A DNA stretch of 64,000 nt from Octopus bimaculoides (taxonomy: Eukaryota): NCBI RefSeq assembly GCF_001194135.2, contig NC_068991.1:6454616-6518615 (forward strand). Direction: 5' to 3'. Below, in pieces: positions 1 to 12,164 of the stretch. The position numbers were made by a program, and so were the translations under genes. A model generated the notes under the pieces. That model saw only the letters and a program-made list of their open reading frames with translations. It had not been told where the DNA came from and made no database searches. Numbering within the stretch: position 1 is the stretch's first letter; each line of letters begins with the position of its first letter.

Positions 1-913
1 AATAGCAAATAACCCGTGGAATTATTGTACTTACTGCATTAAGACTTGTTGATGGCTGTTGCCAAAAGCATTGGATTTTCAAATTTACAGCTTACAAGAC
101 CTCTCATGTTTGATAAATCTTTTGAAGCTAATTGAGTTTATAGTCTTTCCACAGCCATTTCATTACTGACTTGAAAGCATGTCAACTGTCTATTTATTAT
201 TTATTTATCATATTTATTGACTTATTTTGAATAATTTCCACCTTTTGCTGTTTTATTTATTTTTTTTTTTATCATTTTGTTTTAAAAGTTGATTTTTTTT
301 TTTTCCATCTCCATCATTTCATTTTTGCATTTTAATTTGGTTGCCGAATTTCGTAAGTCTTAAGTCATTCGTCATATAAAACGTCCTACAATGAAGTAAC
401 TTTATCTCCAACAATATGATGCCTTTGCTAAAATCTTATTTTGCAGTTTTGTTTGAGAACACAAAACCCTTTTGATAAAACCAAACCCCTGCAAATAACA
501 CAGCTACTTAAGGAGTATCTCAGTATCTCAACAAAGACTGTTGTCAATAGAACATTTAGTTGAAAATGTGGAACATTATTTATTTACCGAATAAATATTT
601 TCTAGAGTCATTTTCATAAATTTATAAGTTGTAAAGTTTTCTGCTCACTGCATAAACTATATATTGATGTTTTTAAATTTTTTTTTTTCATCAGCAGCTA
701 GAAAGGGATAACAAAATACAAGCTTTAGTATAACTTTAAATTTAAGTTAAGGAAACGTAGAATTCTGAATCTGTTTTTCTCTTTTGTCTCATCACCTAAT
801 GTGTACAGTAACGACACGCTTAATCTGTTGTGTAAGCTTTCCTATCAATAATTACTGTTTAGGTATTTATTAAACCATTAACTCAGTATATATTTGCTTC
901 TAGTCATCCCTAC

Positions 914-960
<47 letters not shown>

Positions 961-1918
961 GTTTGTAATTAAAAGATAGTACTCAATACATGGTAAAGAG
1001 TATATTGTTTACTTAAACTGAGTTCTTTTTTTTTTGCAACTCAAGTTTCATGCCTCTGAAATCTATAAGATATTTTCTTTGGTGCATGGCTACCATTTTC
1101 ATTGGCTAGTTTCTGAATGTCATTTCGTTAGGTTGGTAGGGTTTTGATTATTCTCGTTTTGTCTCTGTTCATTGGCCAATGACTGGTGAGAACATCACAA
1201 TAATTAAAATTGATACTTAAAAAGAAACCGTCCTCACAAAATAATGTTGAGAAACTAGGCAATAAAAATGATTACCACACACAGAAAAACAAGCCTGCTT
1301 CAAAATTATATATATATGTGTGTATATATACGATTTTACTTAGGTATAGTGATCCAAATAACCAGTGGTTAGAACTCAATATATTTATGCTTTAAGTTAA
1401 AGTGTTAGGCAAATACAAAGTGTAATATCAATTAATGAATGACAAAAGAACAGGAGGTGTGTAATCACTATCATTGGCATTAAGCTATTTCTGCTGTAGG
1501 AAGCGGTGTACTCTGAGCTAAGTGCTATGCTTCTTAGAGTAGAAAGAGTCGTAAAGCAAATGAAAGCATTTATTTATATAGCCCTTGTTCTTTTGTCAGC
1601 CCTTAATTTTTGTGTGTGTGTGTGTGTGTGTGCGTGCATGCGTGCGTGCAAGATATCTCAGTTGATCAGCCTTTACGAAGTTTCTTAGAAAAGTTTGTCA
1701 AACATCATAGGGAACATAAATTCAATATTCTAGCAAAATTCTGTAAAAGAATTTTTTATTTTTTGCATATTAGGTTCTCGAAGGTTTTTTAAAAAAAAGT
1801 CAGTCATAAATTTTTTATTATTCATTCTCACATTTCACTGGGTTTTTTTAAAATTATTATTTTGGTCACAAAAGAATGTAACTTTCATCCAAATACATCT
1901 GAAATACTTATCTCTCTG

Positions 1919-2157
1919 NNNNNNNNNNNNNNNNNNNNNNNNNNNNNNNNNNNNNNNNNNNNNNNNNNNNNNNNNNNNNNNNNNNNNNNNNNNNNNNNNN
2001 NNNNNNNNNNNNNNNNNNNNNNNNNNNNNNNNNNNNNNNNNNNNNNNNNNNNNNNNNNNNNNNNNNNNNNNNNNNNNNNNNNNNNNNNNNNNNNNNNNNN
2101 NNNNNNNNNNNNNNNNNNNNNNNNNNNNNNNNNNNNNNNNNNNNNNNNNNNNNNNNN
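1919..2157. other. Assembly gap
   Basis: N run. Confidence 1.
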
Positions 2158-2444
2158 AATCCACTTTTTAAATATGAACCATTCATTCAATCAAACAAGT
2201 GTTACTTTCTAACAAACCAACCAACAAAAAGTTTAAAATAAACCACTCTATTTTCAAGTTTTTTTTTTGTTTATTTTTTAACTTTCCTTGTACAAAACCC
2301 AGTGTTAATAATGGTAAACTAACAGCCATTTAGCTTTTATTTTCTATTTTCCTCATCACATAAAATGTAAAGTTTATGTCCAAAATATTTATTTATTCTC
2401 ATGCTAGCTAGATTCTAGAAATATTTCTTATGGTGCTTCATACC

Positions 2445-2478
<34 letters not shown>

Positions 2479-3399
2479 ATTCATACAAACATACCTTTTC
2501 TGCTCATAATAAATTTCCCAGTTTTTTTCTCTGAGATTATGTTTAGCATGATTAAATTTTTTTTTCAAGCAATAAAATTCTTTTCTTCTTAGACAAGACA
2601 AATAGTATTGGTTAACTGGAGAAGAAAAGCCACTACATTGTTAAAGAAAAGTGTTAGTGTTTTATAGAATTTCTTTGAGTTGTAAAATTATTTGTGTTTA
2701 TGTTGGGCACAAGAAATACCTTCTTGATATATTGAAGGAAATCTAGCATTTTAAGGTAATGTCTCCTTTATTTTCTTTTTATTTTTTCGTTCTATAAAAA
2801 GAAAAGAATGAGTCATTATCTGTTTCTCCTACACTCGTCTCTCACCCACTGTAGATTTAAGGAAATTTGGCAATTTCTGTTTTTAAAAGGTAGAATATTG
2901 GATTCCAACAATGAAGATGAGTTGTGAAATCAGTTCACAAGAATTAGCCCACAATTATGTAACTTACTCATCAAATTAGAGATTACTGACAAAATTAGTT
3001 TGATTGCTATGATTATTGATTACATTATAAATGATCTCAAAATATTAAATACAGACATTAATTTACCCCACTTTACTTGAGAATATAGCTTTAGACCATG
3101 GCTATTTCTTTGAATATCACACATCTTAATTTCAGCTTCAGTTCCATATTGTTTTAAAGCACATGCATAGGCAATGAGTAGTGGTGGGGGTGGGCACTAT
3201 TTTAAAATGATACACTCCTTTACATGAATTACAATTGGTAGAATTCTTCTTAGAAATAGTTGCATTTCCGTTAAAGCGAAATTTCTACAAATGTTTACTT
3301 GCTAGTTCTTAACCTTTATCAGAAGTGTATATTCCATTAACCTATGTTATTTAACCATCAAGTCTATGATGATAGTCACCTCTTATCATTCAGGAGTAA

Positions 3400-4330
3400 A
3401 ATCAGCAGCAAGATGGGTCCACAGATAACTGATGATGTCTATCCAAGGATGGAAGGTGATTCCAATGCTAGAATAAAGGATCAAGTTGACACAAAATCTT
3501 AAGGATTACTGTCTGGATTAACTCCTTTGCTTCTCTGCACCATTCCTGACATAATATGGAACCTTTATGTACAGAAGAATACTGTTTGACCTGGTGTGTG
3601 TCATTGTGTTCCCGGGTATGAGGATTTTGAGAAATAAATTTTAGGAATACCTTAAGCATCTCTTAAAATCTCTTTTCTGAACTTCCTGGAGTTGGCTGCT
3701 GCAGTATTTCAGTTTTCTTTGTTCTAAAGGCAAGACTGATGTTTGTTTATGTAGTGAATAGTAACTTGTCTTGGACATCAGTTTCTGAGCAAGCATCAGG
3801 GATGCAGTCATTTGCAAACTTGATATTTTTGCCAAGTTGAACATTTTGCCAGCCAACCCTGCTGGACACTATTTGAGATTGTAAACAGTTCTGATGTCTT
3901 TCCATTTTCATGGATATTTTGATGCCTGTGTAAAATGGCTGCATCAAAAAGATGAACTTCTTTGGTATCTGCTTTTAGCAATGATCTTCCACCTCATAAA
4001 TGCTGATAACAATGAAGTGCTTGCTTGGTTGAGTTAGTACAGGTGCAAGATAAGCCAGTTCTGTTATTGGCAGCGAACATCCTCTCAACTGCTCCTCACC
4101 TCCTCGCCTGCAATCCTCATTGGCTTTTGTACAAAGTCCCTGATCAAGATCTGCAATGAACCAGCTCAGCAGGATGCTGGCAAATATCTTGTCAGTAAGG
4201 AGGCAACACCTGACAGCTCCTTTTCACCTTGGACAGATCTGCATTTCTGAGCCAACTTGTTTGTAGAGGTCTGCATCCTTGAGCTTCTGAGGGCAAAATC
4301 TTATTGGTCAAAGGTCACTCCATTTATCTG
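3400..4330 (-). mobile_element. Decayed RTE-like LINE reverse transcriptase fragment
   Basis: Broken frames resemble RT motifs: LLT.KIFASILLS, GKTSELFTISNSVQQGWLAKMFNL (cf. GVKQGCVLAPTLFNL). Many stops and frameshifts; boundaries approximate. Confidence 0.6.
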
Positions 4331-7300
4331 TTCTTCTCTCTGGTCACATAAAAGCTATTTAATTCATTATATTATTCTATCTTCTGTTGTAGACTGTAAT
4401 ACTTTCAAAATCAACTCAAGAACTATTTAAATAATCTGATTATAATTCTATCAACTTTATAGATGAAATATTTCTGTTATATTTACATTTACACTATATT
4501 GGTTGCTTTAGTGGTCAAATAGATTGAAATGTAGTGTAAGTGTGTTGTGAAAAGATTTTCATGTTAACAATTTGAAAAATAATGTTAACATCTCAGCTAG
4601 GAGGGGAATATTTCAGAATGTACTTTAGTTTCTGTAACATCTGCCTATTTATTAAGAAAAAACGCTTTGTCATATGAATGATAGTAGAAAAATATTACTG
4701 TATTTGATGGCACAGAGCTATATGATCATATTAGATGCACCCCAATTTCAGTAGAGCATATTCAGGAGAGAAATGTTTGTTGTGCATTAAAGCTTATGGG
4801 TGACCCAACTTTACATATAGGATCCTTTTTGAGACTTTTTTTTCTTTGCAAAAAAGTACATCTTATGTGCCATCAAATATGGTATATTTTAGAACATATT
4901 GGTCTCTATCATACAGTGCCTATATAGTGTGAAAAAATCAGTATGGACGAAATGCTTTGTGGTATTTAGTTGGGTTCTGAGATTAAATTTTGTTGAAGTC
5001 AACAACTTCCAGATCTGATGAAATAAAGTAGCTGTTGAAGTACTTCAAACCCTCACCCTTCCACCAATAAAAATAATAATAATAAATTGTAGCCTTCCTT
5101 GTGCCTGTGTTAGAAATCATTATTATCCTGGGTATACTAAACAGTACCATTTTCTTTTCTTTTTTTCGTTTTCGTTTTTTTTTCATTGTACATATCAAAA
5201 ATATCAATACATTTTTTTGTTTAATCAAAATTGAGAATTATAGTCTTTTGATACTGGAAACAGCAGTTTAACATTCAATTTTGAAAAATAAAAATGTAAA
5301 AAAGAAAAAGAAAATGCAATGAGATTTATTCAAATTAAAACTGAGATTGGCATTTTTTTTTCCTTGCTCAAAGAAATTTTGTTCATTTGTACTTTTTTTT
5401 TCTCTATGCAATGGGCTTGTCTTATTTTCTTCAGCTGCAGTGTAAATGATACTTTTTATAACATCTTCAGTCAATTAATTAATTAAATAACATTTACAAT
5501 AAATTTACAATTGAATTTTAAAATATTTCCTATGTAAACATATACTTTAGCAAACATATACTTCAGTGGAATTCTGTAAACATATACTTTAGTAGAAATA
5601 GTGTAATTAGTAACAACTTATTTGAAAAAATGCTCTGCGTTTAGTATTTATTAAAAATGCTAGCCATTATAATAGTAACTTGTCGCCATAACCCCTTAGC
5701 ATTGAGATTACTGTCAAATATAATATTTATTTATTCACATTGTTTTGAATTAACCATGCATTATCTCATAGCTTTGAGATTTTGAAGATGTTCGTTTTTA
5801 GAATAACATTGTGTGAAAGGCTAGATCTGACCAGAATTGCCGGCCTTGTGCCAAAATTTAAAATCAATATTTAAACTGACAGAACAAAAGTCTTTTTTTT
5901 TTTTTCATCTAAAAAGAACAAAACAAATAATTAAATAAGTAAAGAGATTTGTTAGAAAATATCTGACTTGATGAAGGAAATCAATTATAATTTATTATTA
6001 AATACGACGCTTTAAGGATGGTGGATCGGCAGAATTATTGGAGTGATAGACAAAAGGCCTTGTGGTATTTCTTCCAGCTCTTCATGTTCTGGCTCCAAAT
6101 CCCACCGTGGTCAACTTTGCTTTTCATCCCTTTGAGGTTGTTAAACTTAAGTACCAGCTATATACTGGGGTTGTTGGTATCAACTAATTGCCTCCCCCAC
6201 CAAATTTCAGGCTTTGTGTCTATTTTAGAAAGAATTTTCAATACAATATTTTATAAGTGAGAGAGAGGGACTGGGATGGAGTAGGCTGTATGAGGTGTTA
6301 TTACTTGAGGAGGAGTGTTAGGACTTGGCTTTTGTGTCTTGTTAATGAATGACATGCTCTGTAAGTCTGGAATTTTAACACCTGATTTATTCAAGACGAT
6401 TATTTATAAGCATCAGGTGTGTTGCAGTTTAGAAGTGAGGATTGATTGATTGAATGGATGTTGGCCAGTCATTGAGTGGTATGAAGCCCTTGTCATTTTT
6501 TTTTCCCTACCTATCACTAACTTCTTTAGCAAAAAAAAGTAACACAAAAGGATTGAACATTGAATGATGCATTTTATCATAATTTAAACCCAAACCATAT
6601 TTAATTGTCAACCTGAGGGAAAAAAATGTTTAAATTATCAACTTATGAAGGGTAGGGGGATCTATCTGTTACCATGTGTTGTGAAAAACTATGAAAAAAA
6701 AAAATATTTCAAAATTTGCAATGAGATCAAGCCAAAAAAGTTGTCCAGATCAACATTGTATAATTGTCTGTATATATTTCTCTCTAATTTTATTTATTTT
6801 AAATTTACATTTAAAGTTTCATGTGCACTGTTTTTTTTTTCTATAAAAAATTAATAAAAAATTAAATTTACAAATATATTGAAGTTTTTGTCATTATATT
6901 TTAAATCATGGCCAATATATTGTATGTTTTCTCATATATATAATGTTTGTAAACATTTCGATCAGGTTTGACTCCTAATATTTAAGCTTGACCAAATTTA
7001 CTGCAACAGATTTTCTACAGCTGGATGCCCTTCCTGTCACCAATCCTCACCTGTTCCCAAGCAACATAACATTTCCCCATGGCTAGGCATGTTTTTACAG
7101 AATATTGGAAATGGCAGGGAGTCAGTGGGTTGCAGCCAAAACTGAAGCACCACACACAAGGGTTTTTAGTTTTTTTTCTTTTTCCTCAATACAGTTTTTT
7201 TGTTGTTAGTTATTTCCTCGTTTGTCCAAGAAATGATGTGCGAAGGAGATATTGGTATCAAGGGAGATAACTCGAAGCATACAGAACATTTCTGTACAGA

Positions 7301-7390
7301 TATACTGGAATATCATGAAGTAAGATTTTCAACTTATGCTGATATAAACTTTATATTGATTTGTTCTTAGGTAAGTTGATAAAAGCTTGC

Positions 7391-7424
<34 letters not shown>

Positions 7425-7932
7425 TTACGTACACAGTTTGGTTTTTGGACAGAACAAAGCTGCCTAACAACTAAACCATAATACTATTCTTAATAATCCC
7501 CTGAAGAGAATGGATACTGACTGCATGTACCGTGATTTTACTAAAGCCTTTGTCAAGATTGATCAAAGAATTATCTGCCATAGGTCAAGGGATCCTGGTA
7601 TCACAGGAGAACTCAGAGTATGGCACTTTGAATTTTTACTGGTAGGAATCAATCTGTTGTTGCAAATGGTCTCCTCTCTGCCAAGTCACCTGTAATAAGT
7701 GGTGTGTCTCAAGGTACAGTTCCGAGACCACTATTATTTATCCTTACTCTATCAGATACAAGCTTAAAGATACTTTCGGCCAATCTAACAAATTACACTA
7801 ATGACTTAAAAATATTGACGGTTATCCAGACTGCAGAAGATGCTGTCACACTCCAGAATTAGCTGAATCTCATCTATTTTTTGGTAGACGAAAATGATAT
7901 AAAATTCAGTTCATTGAAGTTTCAGGTTTGTT

Positions 7933-8235
7933 GTGAAAATAAAACAATTGTGGAAATTGAAAATGCCTGGGGGTTAAAATGTTGCTATGTTTAATTACTA
8001 GAAAAACACAAAATTTTCGCTTAGATCAGTCAAGGTCATTTACTCCCTCAAACAGCCCAAACTCCGCTATTGTAAAAAATTTACAAAAAGTACCCATTTT
8101 CGGAGTTTAGGTGGCTTGAAGGAGTAAATGCCCTTGATTGATCACAGCGAAAATTTAGCATTTTTCTCGTAATCAAATATAACAACATTTTAACTCTCAG
8201 GCATTTTCAATTTCCACAATTTTTTTTATTTTCAC
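7933..8235. mobile_element. Fold-back MITE (~135-bp inverted arms) inserted in the LINE
   Basis: 7933-8066 is the reverse complement of 8101-8235 at roughly 80% identity, with a 34-bp spacer. Confidence 0.85.
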
Positions 8236-8636
8236 TCCACCCTAATGGATATGCATCTGATATAAATTGTTTGATACTAGATAATGTAACAATTCAAAGT
8301 ACAAATAAAATACAAGACTTAGTAATCATGTCAAATGATGCATCTTTCAAAAGCCATCTCACCAATTTGACTTCTAAATGCACGATATCTCATAGGGTGG
8401 ATATTAAAAACCTTCATATTATAAGAACCAGTAGTTATGCCAACTCTATAGAAACCCCTTTCAGTAGACTAGGTTACTGCTCACAGCTTTGGTCTCCAAA
8501 CACATTTGTCTCCTAGAAGAAATTGAATGGTTACGAGAACATTCAGTAGGAAAATAACTTCAGTTAAAGGGCTTAATTACTGGGAAGGTCTCAAAGGTCA
8601 ATGTCTCCACTCTTTTGAAGAATGTAGAGAGAGATA

Positions 8637-8771
8637 CAGTTGTGGCCAAAAGTTTGGAACTTTTATATTAAAGGCCCAAATATATATGTTGTATATATTT
8701 GAATCAAATTGTACTTGGACATAATAATTTCAATTTTTTAAAAAATTGTTCCAGACTTTTGGCCACAACTG
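8637..8771. mobile_element. Tc1-type MITE, 135 bp, TA target duplication
   Basis: TA|CAGTTGTGGCCAAAAGTTTGGAAC ... GTTCCAGACTTTTGGCCACAACTG|TA. Confidence 0.88.
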
Positions 8772-9426
8772 TATATTGTTATTTATGTATGGAAGAACCT
8801 GGCATTAAAGAAAACTTCAATGCAAGAGCTGGTAGATACTGTCAGCTTCCACATACACCACCTCCAAAACCAAGATCTAAGTTACTATGCTGCAACAATG
8901 TGATATTTAGAGGCCCTCAATTGTTCAACTGCTTATCTTAAGAAATAAAGGACTTCTATGGAAACATTCAAGAAACCATTGGATGAATTCCTAACCCAAA
9001 ATACCAGACCAGTCAACTATACAAAGTTACACTCAAGGAAGATCACTTGCTGCTAACTCAATTGTAGACCAACTTTTTGCCATAAAACTTCAACAAAACA
9101 ATGATAACAGCAACATATGGCTGTGTGATTAAAACCTATATATGGCCATAAAATTTTTTACTGTATTTAGATTAAAGCATTATAGTAAGCTTTCACAATC
9201 TGGAAGAGAAGGACAGTATGCATTTTGTATGTTCAGTCGGATGCTTCCTGGTGAGTTCATGTCCAAACATGTAGGAGCAGGTATTGCATTGCAAAATCAC
9301 AACCTGGGGTATATATGGGTTAAGAGGCACATTTTGCAACCACTTTATGGCAAGTGTCTTTTACTATAGCCCCAAGTCAACTAATGGCTTGTGAGTGAAG
9401 TTGTTTTATGGAAACTGTGTGGAAGC

Positions 9427-10150
9427 TCATTGTGTATGTCTCTGTAATCCTTTGATATTGCTGCACCTCTTATGTGTCCATAGCTTACACTGGGTACATC
9501 TTATAGAGTTTCTACCTACGCCTTTTCTACAGATTGAGCAGGGCCATCCACCTGAAGTGATTTGTGGTTTGTCTGCCTTCCTACTTATTAAGACTTTGGT
9601 TTTAGCTAGATTGACTCTAAGGCACTTCAATTCTAATCCTTGCTTCCACACCTGAAACTTCTCCTCTAGTTCTGATAGTGACTCAGCAATTAGAGCAAGG
9701 TCATCAGCATAGAAGAGCTCCCAGGGGCATCCTGTCTTGAATTCCTCTGTTATTGCCTGGAGGACTATGATAAATGGGAGGGGGCTGAGGACTGAACCTT
9801 CGTGGACCCCTACCTCTACCCAGAATATTTCACTGTACTCGTTGCCAACTCTCACCTTACTGACAGTGTCCCTGTACATGGCTTGCACAGCTCTCTCTAA
9901 CGATTCATCTATCCCTAGTTTCCTCATTGACCACCAGATAAGGGATCGGTGGACCCTGTCAAAAGCTTTCTCTGTGTCAATGAAAGCCAGGTACAGGGGT
10001 TTATCTTTGGCTAGGTATTTCTCTTGTAGCTGTCTTACCAGAAATATAGCATTTGTGGTGCTTTTTCCTGGCATAAACCCAAATTGCATCTCATCTAGAC
10101 TGACTCTCTCCCTAATTAGTTGGGCTATGACCCTCTCCGTGACTAAATTG
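9427..10150 (-). mobile_element. RTE-clade LINE fragment with an open RT frame and a Cys/His finger
   Basis: QFGFMPGKSTTNAIF, LAFIDTEKAFDRV, GVHEGSVLSPL, LFYADDL, then CSIC..CTQC..HKRC. Confidence 0.92.
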
Positions 10151-10154
10151 TAGT

Positions 10155-10583
10155 TGTGGCTGATGCCAGTGCCACCTGACTGGCACCCGTGCTGGTGGCA
10201 GGTAATAAGCACCATTCAAGTGTGGTTCGATGCCAGTGCTGCCTGACTGGCTCCCTTTGCAGTGACATGTAAAAACACCATCCAAACATGGCTGATGCTA
10301 GTCCCCCCACCTGACTGGCGCCTGTGCTGGTGGCACATAAAAAGCACTATCCAAACGTACATGGTTGTTGCCAGTGCTGCCTGACTGGCTCTCGTGTTAG
10401 TGACACGTAAAAACCACCCTCTACACTCTTGGAGTGGTTGGCGTTAGGAAGAGCATCTTGCAGTAGAAACCTTGCAGGATCAGATTGGAGCCTGGTACAG
10501 TCTTCTGGCTTTCCAGTCCCCAGTCAAACCGTCCAACGCATGCCAGCATTGGAAAACGGACGTTAAACGACGACGATGATGAT

Positions 10584-10587
<4 letters not shown>
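10155..10587 (+). mobile_element. SINE family C (internal tandem units, ...TAAACGATGATG tail)
   Basis: Repeated GGTGGCACGTAAAA(A)GCAC units, GGCGTTAGGAAG..CATGCCAGCATTGGAAAACGGACGTTAAACGACGACGATGATGATG; same family as copies at 15.8, 24.4, 25.6, 42.8 and 58.0 kb. Confidence 0.8.
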
Positions 10588-10619
<32 letters not shown>

Positions 10620-11544
10620 NNNNNNNNNNNNNNNNNNNNNNNNNNNNNNNNNNNNNNNNNNNNNNNNNNNNNNNNNNNNNNNNNNNNNNNNNNNNNNNNN
10701 NNNNNNNNNNNNNNNNNNNNNNNNNNNNNNNNNNNNNNNNNNNNNNNNNNNNNNNNNNNNNNNNNNNNNNNNNNNNNNNNNNNNNNNNNNNNNNNNNNNN
10801 NNNNNNNNNNNNNNNNNNNNNNNNNNNNNNNNNNNNNNNNNNNNNNNNNNNNNNNNNNNNNNNNNNNNNNNNNNNNNNNNNNNNNNNNNNNNNNNNNNNN
10901 NNNNNNNNNNNNNNNNNNNNNNNNNNNNNNNNNNNNNNNNNNNNNNNNNNNNNNNNNNNNNNNNNNNNNNNNNNNNNNNNNNNNNNNNNNNNNNNNNNNN
11001 NNNNNNNNNNNNNNNNNNNNNNNNNNNNNNNNNNNNNNNNNNNNNNNNNNNNNNNNNNNNNNNNNNNNNNNNNNNNNNNNNNNNNNNNNNNNNNNNNNNN
11101 NNNNNNNNNNNNNNNNNNNNNNNNNNNNNNNNNNNNNNNNNNNNNNNNNNNNNNNNNNNNNNNNNNNNNNNNNNNNNNNNNNNNNNNNNNNNNNNNNNNN
11201 NNNNNNNNNNNNNNNNNNNNNNNNNNNNNNNNNNNNNNNNNNNNNNNNNNNNNNNNNNNNNNNNNNNNNNNNNNNNNNNNNNNNNNNNNNNNNNNNNNNN
11301 NNNNNNNNNNNNNNNNNNNNNNNNNNNNNNNNNNNNNNNNNNNNNNNNNNNNNNNNNNNNNNNNNNNNNNNNNNNNNNNNNNNNNNNNNNNNNNNNNNNN
11401 NNNNNNNNNNNNNNNNNNNNNNNNNNNNNNNNNNNNNNNNNNNNNNNNNNNNNNNNNNNNNNNNNNNNNNNNNNNNNNNNNNNNNNNNNNNNNNNNNNNN
11501 NNNNNNNNNNNNNNNNNNNNNNNNNNNNNNNNNNNNNNNNNNNN
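10620..11544. other. Assembly gap flanked by (TA)n
   Basis: N run. Confidence 1.
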
Positions 11545-11589
<45 letters not shown>

Positions 11590-11761
11590 CTAGTATTATA
11601 ACCCGATTTCATTTGGGTCTAATCGGGTCACATTTTAAAGATGAGGAATTTTGCCCTAGAGGCCACGCCTTTCTATTGACCAAACTCAAAGTTGCCTGCA
11701 AACTCTCCAGCACTTTCAACACAAACACACACACACATATATATATTATTATTATTATTAA

Positions 11762-11894
11762 TAATATTTAGCAAAAGTAACAGAGTGACTCAAGGTCCGA
11801 GAGTTTCGTGCATTGACACTTATCAAAGTTTGGTAAGTGCTAATGTACGAAACTCTTGGACGTAGAGTCACTCTGTTACTTCTGCTAAATATTA
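11762..11894. repeat. 133-bp near-perfect palindrome upstream of PARP1
   Basis: Arm 11762-11827 is the reverse complement of 11829-11894, with about 8 mismatches in 66 bp and a 1-nt centre (G11828). Confidence 0.92.
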
Positions 11895-12164
11895 ATAAAA
11901 ATATAGATACACTCATATTTTGTGTTCTATTTTTCCTGGTTGCATCAATCTATATATAAATACTTATTAATTTTGATACATGCATACACATGTGTGTGTG
12001 TATCTATATATACATACACACCACACACATGCATTAGTAACATATTAGTGTATGTTGATGTCTGTATAGATGTATGTCGATGAAAGGAAGTGGTTGCCTC
12101 CGTGTACTCGGGTAGTTAACTACGCAGCGCCTCCTGCTTCAGTCGGACAGAACTAAACGACAAA

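Larger units (their letters stand above)
7500..9070 (+). mobile_element. Decayed CR1/L2-group LINE 3' half, interrupted by two MITEs
   Basis: DCMYRDFTKAFVKID (cf. YLDFSKAFDKV), SGVSQGTV..PLLF, and terminal FRGPQLFNCL..KPLDEFLTQIPDQ. Confidence 0.75.

Noticed and set aside
1835-2212. ORF-track entries spanning N runs (also 10485-11771, 34467-34959, 52610-52944)
   Set aside because: They are open only because Ns translate as X. The only real part is PARP1 exon 21 at 34509-34587.
2593-2755. Segment bounded by a good acceptor and donor
   Set aside because: Stops in the frames I read and no partner exons; at most a non-coding exon, which cannot be supported here.
9737-10153. 138-aa plus-strand ORF
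   Set aside because: Antisense shadow of the RTE RT frame.
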